A DNA stretch of 57,676 nt, counting the filler, from Bipalium vagum (Eukaryota), in the NCBI GenBank assembly GCA_037834085.1. It is 3 parts of 3 records of this genome, joined end to end, with 100 filler letters (N's around TTAATTAATTAA, not from the genome) between each part and the next. Parts side by side here need not be neighbours in the genome. Positions count along the whole stretch, not along the records: positions 39,603 to 57,676 come from JBBMKC010041404.1; 2 more parts are not named here. One strand, 5' to 3'. The notes under the pieces are model-generated. The model was not told the origin of the DNA, made no database searches, and was given only the letters and a program-made list of their open reading frames with translations. Of this stretch, positions 51,401 to 57,676 are shown piece by piece. Made by a program: the position numbers and the translations under genes. Numbering within the stretch: position 1 is the first letter of the stretch; each line of letters starts with the position of its first letter.

Positions 51401-54400
51401 TCCGACTATTCCGATATCAAGTCGGAGATAACAAATCAGAAGGTCTTTTACAACATGAAAGTGGTCGATGACAACACAAAATACGAATCGGTTACCGATG
51501 AAAGCAAAGCGCCTGCCGAATCGTTCAATCTAAGCAGTCCGCACAATTCGTCCCAATGTTCCAGTCCCAAATACTCAAAAGACATCAATCTGATATCGGT
51601 GAACAAGGACGTGCTCGAATCGACCAATAGCATCAATTCAAAGACTCCCACATCGTACAGGACAAGATCGCAACATCGACCAAACGAAGGTCCACTTAAG
51701 AAACGTCCTATTGCTGAACCAATTGTTCTTTCTGAGGACTTGCCATATTTGGAAAAGCAGCCGGACGAAGAATTTATTTCCACCAGTCCGACGAGCATCA
51801 ACGAAGAACCACCCAGTCAATTGGAATCTATGTATGACATTCCTCAATATCAGCAGACCAATGTTTTGGAAGAAGTGGTTTTAGATGACCACCATCACTC
51901 TTTAGATGTTGTCGAAGTAGAATATGGAAGGTTACAGGACACGACCAATGACCAAATTCAAATTGATATGGAACCTCTGCTTTCGGCTGACGTGGATTCA
52001 GCTTCTCACATCCTGATGACAATGAAGACTCAACCCAGTATCGATCTTGAATATGCCAACATTAACAGCAACACCAGTGAACCCGATCAACAAATTCAGT
52101 CGGTAGCAGAGCAGTTGATTAATTTAGCCAAAAACTCTGTTATTAATTCAGTTGGGTTACCGCAATCCGAATCGTCAACGGTTATTGTGACTGAAGAAGA
52201 AAGACAAGCAGAATTAGTTACGTCAACAGTTTGCAACATGGCTAATAACAAGCAAAAAGATTACGAAGTGACAATTTACGTGAAAAATATCATCGATAAA
52301 ATCAAAAAGGAAACTGATTTGGCTAATTCACTGAACAAAGAAAAGCTTGTTAGTAAAAGAAATAAGAAGTCCAATCCTTTCAACATGACGTCAATATCGA
52401 AACCGTTGCCAGGTAGCGGTAGTAGTTGTGTTGGTGGTGGAATATCATCAAACCAAGACTGTCGACAAATTTTACCTTTGGAAATTAATATCAGCAACAG
52501 TAACAGCAGTTGCAACAACCACCAGAACCGTCTGGTTCCGACTACTGGAATAATAACCCCAACAACCACAATTGCGAGTCAATCTGTTGCTTTGCCCGTT
52601 ACGTCAACGAATTGCGTTTTTGTGACCTCTTCACAGACACACGATCAAATATGTCAACAGTCCCAGTTGCAAAAATGTCAATTGATAAAGCCACTGGAAT
52701 CAAAGCGAACAGTAACAGCGTCAGAGGAAACGACCAGCATTCCATCAACCGGTAGACGTACTCGTCACAACAGTGCCAAATCAGATTGCCAGCTTCAATC
52801 TCTAGACGAGACCATAGATAACGTGGTTAAGAGTTCTATGAGCTCTTCGATTTCTGACGCAGTATCCAACAAATCCACATTGGACGGTGACTTGAATGTC
52901 GAAACGGAAACCGTGAAATCCAATTCCATGGAAATGAATTCAATTGTCAAGCCGGGCGATTTTTCATCGTTGGAAGAAACAATGAACGAAGTAATACATA
53001 AAATGAGCAACAGTTCGCCAACCATTTGTTCCAATACTTTGCAGTCGGGAATCTGTGAAATTGACACAATTAAATCACATATTACTAGCACTAATAACAA
53101 CACTATTACAATTAATAATGCCAATAATAATCAAAATAATACTACTAATATTATTCATAGTAATAATATTAATATCAATAATAATAACAACAATGCAAAC
53201 AATAGTAACAATAACACGGGAAGTAAAATCACAATACCTAGTCAAGATTTGAATAAGCAAAAGAAAATGAATATTAACCACGTGAAAGCGCCTATGTATC
53301 AATTGGCTGGAAATATGGGCGGTATTGCTAATCTTGTGCTTGGAATTCCTTCAATATTGACCGTCAACACATTGGTTAACCAACAAAACTCACTGGGTCA
53401 AAATAAAATCACTTCACAATTGACGCTTCCCATTAGTAAATTGTCCGTTTCGACAATTCCATCAAATATCGTTTCCGCTTCGTCCTTGGTTCCGTCGAGT
53501 ATCACGCTTAATAACCAACAGACATCAGTTACCAGTGTTCAGTCAACTGAAGTTATGCTAACAAAGTTAAATTCGCTGACTCCCATTATGATTCCGACTC
53601 CGTTGAGAAACGTTCCCCCACTGGGACAGACAAAAAATTTATCGAGTCCATCTTTGATTACAAACAAAGGCTTGCCTAATCCGGTCTGTGGAACTCTTAT
53701 CAGTGGGTCGAACTGCATCGTTTCTCAAGACAACAAACCATCCAAACTCATCAACGTTTCACTAACAGCGTCTGTCCAGAAGCCTATCACAAGTCCCATC
53801 AATGTTGTACCAAGGCCTCCAATAACACCGACCCCAGCGCTGAATTTGTCCAAGCTATCCGTCACGTCTGTCGATGCCATAAACAATTACCTTTTGATGC
53901 AACGACAAGTGTCTCAAGTCAAATCGAAGTTGCCAAATTTGTGTCATCATCAACAGCAGCAGCAACAACCGCAACAGCAACTGCAGCAATCTACTTCTAC
54001 AGATGTTGTAGCCAGTGTTACTCAAAGCGTCCCAAATCTGACAGCATCAATCACTAATACCGGACACCACCCAATCATTCTCTCACAGTTGACACACGCC
54101 AATTCCGTCTTGTCACCAATTACAACGGCTTATTTGACGGCACCTATCAACAAAACGAATGCGACCACCAATCTGTTGCACTCTTCTTTGCCATCGACCA
54201 CCAATGGTATCAATGCAGGGATTTTCAATACGAACGCTGCTGCCACTGCTGTTACTCCATCTGTAATACTCAGACCCGTGAACATTCCATTTCCGAAATT
54301 CGAAGAGAAAAACGACTGGTTGAAGCAAAACACACAGACGACGGATTTAAATTATCCCATCCAATGGACGGGAAAGTTGTGCCTTAAAAACGATGAAGTA

Positions 54401-55594
54401 TTTGTGCAGATGCACATGTTGGCTGGTAACAAGGATCTGATCAAGAACAGCATGAACTTGATATCGAATGGACAAACCTTTTCTCAGCCATTGCGAATCG
54501 TTCAGCGAATGCGATTGGAGCCCAATCAACTGGAGGGTCTTCAGAGGAGGCTGAGTCGCCAACTTGAATTTTGCACTTGTTTGACATTGGCCGGAGGAGA
54601 CAAATCAGATGAATTGGCCAGAACGAGCTCTATTCTCAATGATAATTTTATCAAATATTTACAAGAAAAATCAGCGGCTGGAATCATTAATATTTGTATC
54701 CCAGATTCGCAGCAGGTAACATTTTTTGTTACAAATTGTTTAATGTGATCTATAGATGTCATCGTTTATTTTCCAATCAATATTAAATTTTTTGTTAATA
54801 TTAATGATAAAAAATAAACACTTTTATATTTAAATATGAATTAATATAAAAAATAAAACCATAAATTAGAATTTCATTTGATATCAAATTTTATTTATGT
54901 ATGATGAAATTTGGGCGTATCTTCTTCAATTTTAACATTTAAAAGATTTTCTCCCTTATCTGTGCAACAAAAGTTTTCAGATTTTATAAAAATGTCAATT
55001 TCTTTCTTTCAGAAATTCCGTAAATTATTTCTCTTTTGTGACAGATTTTGATTTAAATGTTTATAAATGTCGTCGTGTGGTATATTTAATGAAAAATTCA
55101 AGAGATAATTACAGAACATTTTAAAATCGATTGGATTATTGATTGTAGAATTGTGCATTATCAGCACCAACTTGACTTGTTATCATTGTTACAACGTACA
55201 TAATTGAGAAATAGCTTAATGAATAATATTCTGATGTGTATATATTATATATAGCATATATATTAATTGATTGACAATATCAATATATTAAATTGATTAT
55301 TTATTAATTGATGAATTTGCAATATTAATATTTATTAATGTGCAAATATTTTTTAGGAATTTTTCGCTATTATAAATGTTTTGTCGTTATTTTTAAAAAT
55401 CAAATTCTTCTTTTTCCAAAAAAACTCGAATAATAACCTGTACTTATTTTACTATTCAGAACGTCTACGTCATTCATATATTTCCGCCATGCGAGTTCTC
55501 CGACAATCAATTGAAAATCTGTTCAGCAACTTTATATGAGAAATTGAAAAAAGAATCTGTGCCCTATCTTCTTGTTGTGATAACTACCGTTTGA
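45497..55594 (+). CDS. spen: Split ends / SPEN (SHARP, Msx2-interacting protein) orthologue, 8 coding exons, about 2904 aa
   Basis: Phase-consistent exons 45497-45576, 45688-45897, 45953-46063, 46251-46782, 46843-47324, 47499-48809, 48862-54715, 55460-55594 (8715 nt). RRM1 MKITRYLWINNLP; RRM2 RSSDTSLREGLFHEYKKHGKITSV; RRM3 DEYHPKATKTLFVGKL...FAFVQYYDISSV; RRM4 KLGFGKSQPTNCLWIGNL...MQVDYAS; SPOC YPIQWTGKLCLKND...PLRIVQRMRLE...YLQEKSAAGIINI...IHIFPPCEFS...YLLVVITTV*. Confidence 0.97.
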
Positions 55595-57592
55595 TGACAG
55601 AAACACAAAGAAGGACAAGAATATTGATGTGTAAAAGGAATGAGAAAGTGCTATTAAAAAATCGTCGAATATTACTTAAAGGCTGTGATTTCATGTCTGT
55701 GAATGTCTTTTTAGAGAAAAAATATCAGATAATAATACTACTACTAATAATAATTATCATCATCACATCTATACCATTCATTATCATCATCCAATCATCA
55801 TCAAGTTGTATTTTAGTTTTGTTGTTTTGTAAATAGATATAAATACATTTACATTACGGTTTTTTCTGTGTATCTTAATCTGTATGGGTGCGTGTGTGTC
55901 TTGTGAGGTATTTGTCTGTTTAAAATCCCAATATTTTATATTGTGATGATAATAATAATTTGTATGTCTTGATAAAATCAAGGCTGCTACTGTTGCCATC
56001 GCATCGTTGTTCATTAGTTTCATCAAATGATTTGTGTACGCGTTCTGTTGGTTGCAGAAATATCTGCATTTATTTTAGCGTGTTATGCAGGTCATGATGT
56101 ATATATATTTGGTTAGATGCATTTTCAATGTTCATGTCATTTGTTTTTCGTACCACTTGATATTTGTATATGTGAAAATAGTTTTACAAATGTTTAATGA
56201 TTCCAGTTCCATTCTAAGTTGCGTTCTGTAAATATTGTACCAGTTCTCCGTTGTTATGCACGATTAATAATAAGTGTGCGTGTGTCTATCTGTGAAAGTG
56301 TGATTTGATGATAATGAATGTGGTGAAATATGTCCATTTGTTAGAGCGAGCGTATCTATGATTCTTATGGTAGAGATAGAAATGATAATGATACGCTCTG
56401 TCGATTTCGACGTGTTTGTATATTCCTTAAGATGTTTTAAATACAGTTGATTTATCATTTTTTTCTATTAGTCTTAACATATTGATCAAATGCAAAAATT
56501 TTTATTAGTTTAGATCCATCTGTAGATTATGTTTACAAAATTACAGTTTTTTCTAATATGAAATTATGAAATTATTTTTGATAAACTGGAATCGAGAAAA
56601 ATCGATTTGAGTCTTATTGTAAACTTTGAAATAAACGTAATCTTGTAATAGTTGTATCAGTGGTTGTCGAAATAAGTTTCAAAGCGAAATTTGATGAAGA
56701 TTCGAAATTTTCATATCTTAAAATATTTAAATTTTGAATAAATTACAATATTGATTTTAAAAATTTCATGTGAACACTTTTTTCATAACTTGAGGTGGTA
56801 CTATTAAGCTAAAATTTATCAAATTGTGTTAAATCTTTGTTATTAAAATGTATTGATAATCGACATAAGAATTTTCGGTACTTATAGGACTTTATGTTAA
56901 CATTTAAATGTCAAGTAATGATTCGAATAATTAAAATTGTTGTAATAATAATAATTACTGAAATCTTAATTAGTTTAAACATCTTTTTGGAATACAGATG
57001 GTCACAATCCCAAAGAACAATGTTTATGTCATGGACTTGATTATATTTTAAGTCTTATTTGGCTAATATCTGATATAATTATCAATAGTTTTACCGGACT
57101 CGCACACTGTTGGTTGAATTCCGGATCACTATAAAAATAATCAAAACAGCAAGTCAGTAGACTTTGTTAACAAATATAAACCAATTTTCTGACTCCAATT
57201 ATGTTTTTTAAAATATGTTGGGTTTACCCAAGACACCTCCCGGGAAAATATAACCAAGGAAAATCATGAAAAGGGTATAGGTGTTAAAAATAAAAATAAT
57301 AATAATTAAATTTAATAAAAACTTGAAAAACAATTAAAAATTCCCAGATATTTTCATTTTGAAAATACTTAGAAAATAAAACAACTCTACAAAAGTAATT
57401 TTTATTTTTAAAGAAGTCCAAAAGAGGTAATTTATAAATATCAGGAAATAATTTTAAGCGAATTTTAGAGTTTTAATAAAATTTTTAGATTAATTTTGAG
57501 AGCATTTCAAGAATAATCTCCAGATAAAGATAAGTTCTAAAAAAGTATATTCTAGCATATTTTCACCCCTCAGAGAATGTGCAAAATAATAT

Positions 57593-57667
57593 AAAGATAT
57601 TTGTTCAAGAATACAAAGATATTTGTTCGAGAAGATAAAGGTATTCGTTCGAGAAGACAAAGATATT
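57593..57667. repeat. 22 bp minisatellite, about 3.4 copies
   Basis: AAAGATATTTGTTCAAGAATAC / AAAGATATTTGTTCGAGAAGAT / AAAGGTATTCGTTCGAGAAGAC / AAAGATATT. Confidence 0.85.
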
Positions 57668-57676
57668 GGCCGTTAT

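Noticed and set aside
46438-54762. Many antisense and off-frame ORFs within spen
   Set aside because: These are shadows of a long low-complexity coding sequence, with no independent motifs or splice structure.
57593-57667. 22 bp repeats as a CRISPR-like array
   Set aside because: The units are directly tandem with no unique spacers, the context is eukaryotic, and there are no cas genes.

Overview
AT-rich, intron-containing animal genomic DNA. The very short 40-60 nt introns, (TAA)n microsatellites and dense mariner/Tc1 debris suggest an invertebrate such as a planarian flatworm, but the taxon is an inference. Two identical artificial linkers (44N-TTAATTAATTAA-44N) split the window into three contigs, each carrying one protein-coding gene that I assembled by hand from splice sites and reading phase. 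(1) A 5'-incomplete, unidentified coiled-coil gene on + (about 264-14964). (2) A 14-exon anosmin-1/KAL-1 orthologue on - (17834-37931, about 691 aa: signal peptide, Cys-rich box, WAP, 4xFN3), whose last exon looks like a GPI-anchor signal. (3) An 8-exon split ends/SPEN orthologue on + (45497-55594, about 2904 aa: 4 RRMs, a 5.85 kb giant exon, SPOC). Introns and intergenic DNA hold many decayed mariner, Tc1 and pogo elements, a perfect-TIR MITE, an internally deleted Ty3/Gypsy element, a probable solo LTR and a fragment of a Maverick/Polinton-type protein-primed DNA polymerase. I found no convincing wholly new system. The best leads are a possible anchored-versus-secreted switch in anosmin, an inverted mariner pair enclosing an in-frame anosmin exon block, the Polinton-like relic and the orphan coiled-coil gene. 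All homology calls come from remembered family motifs, not from database searches.
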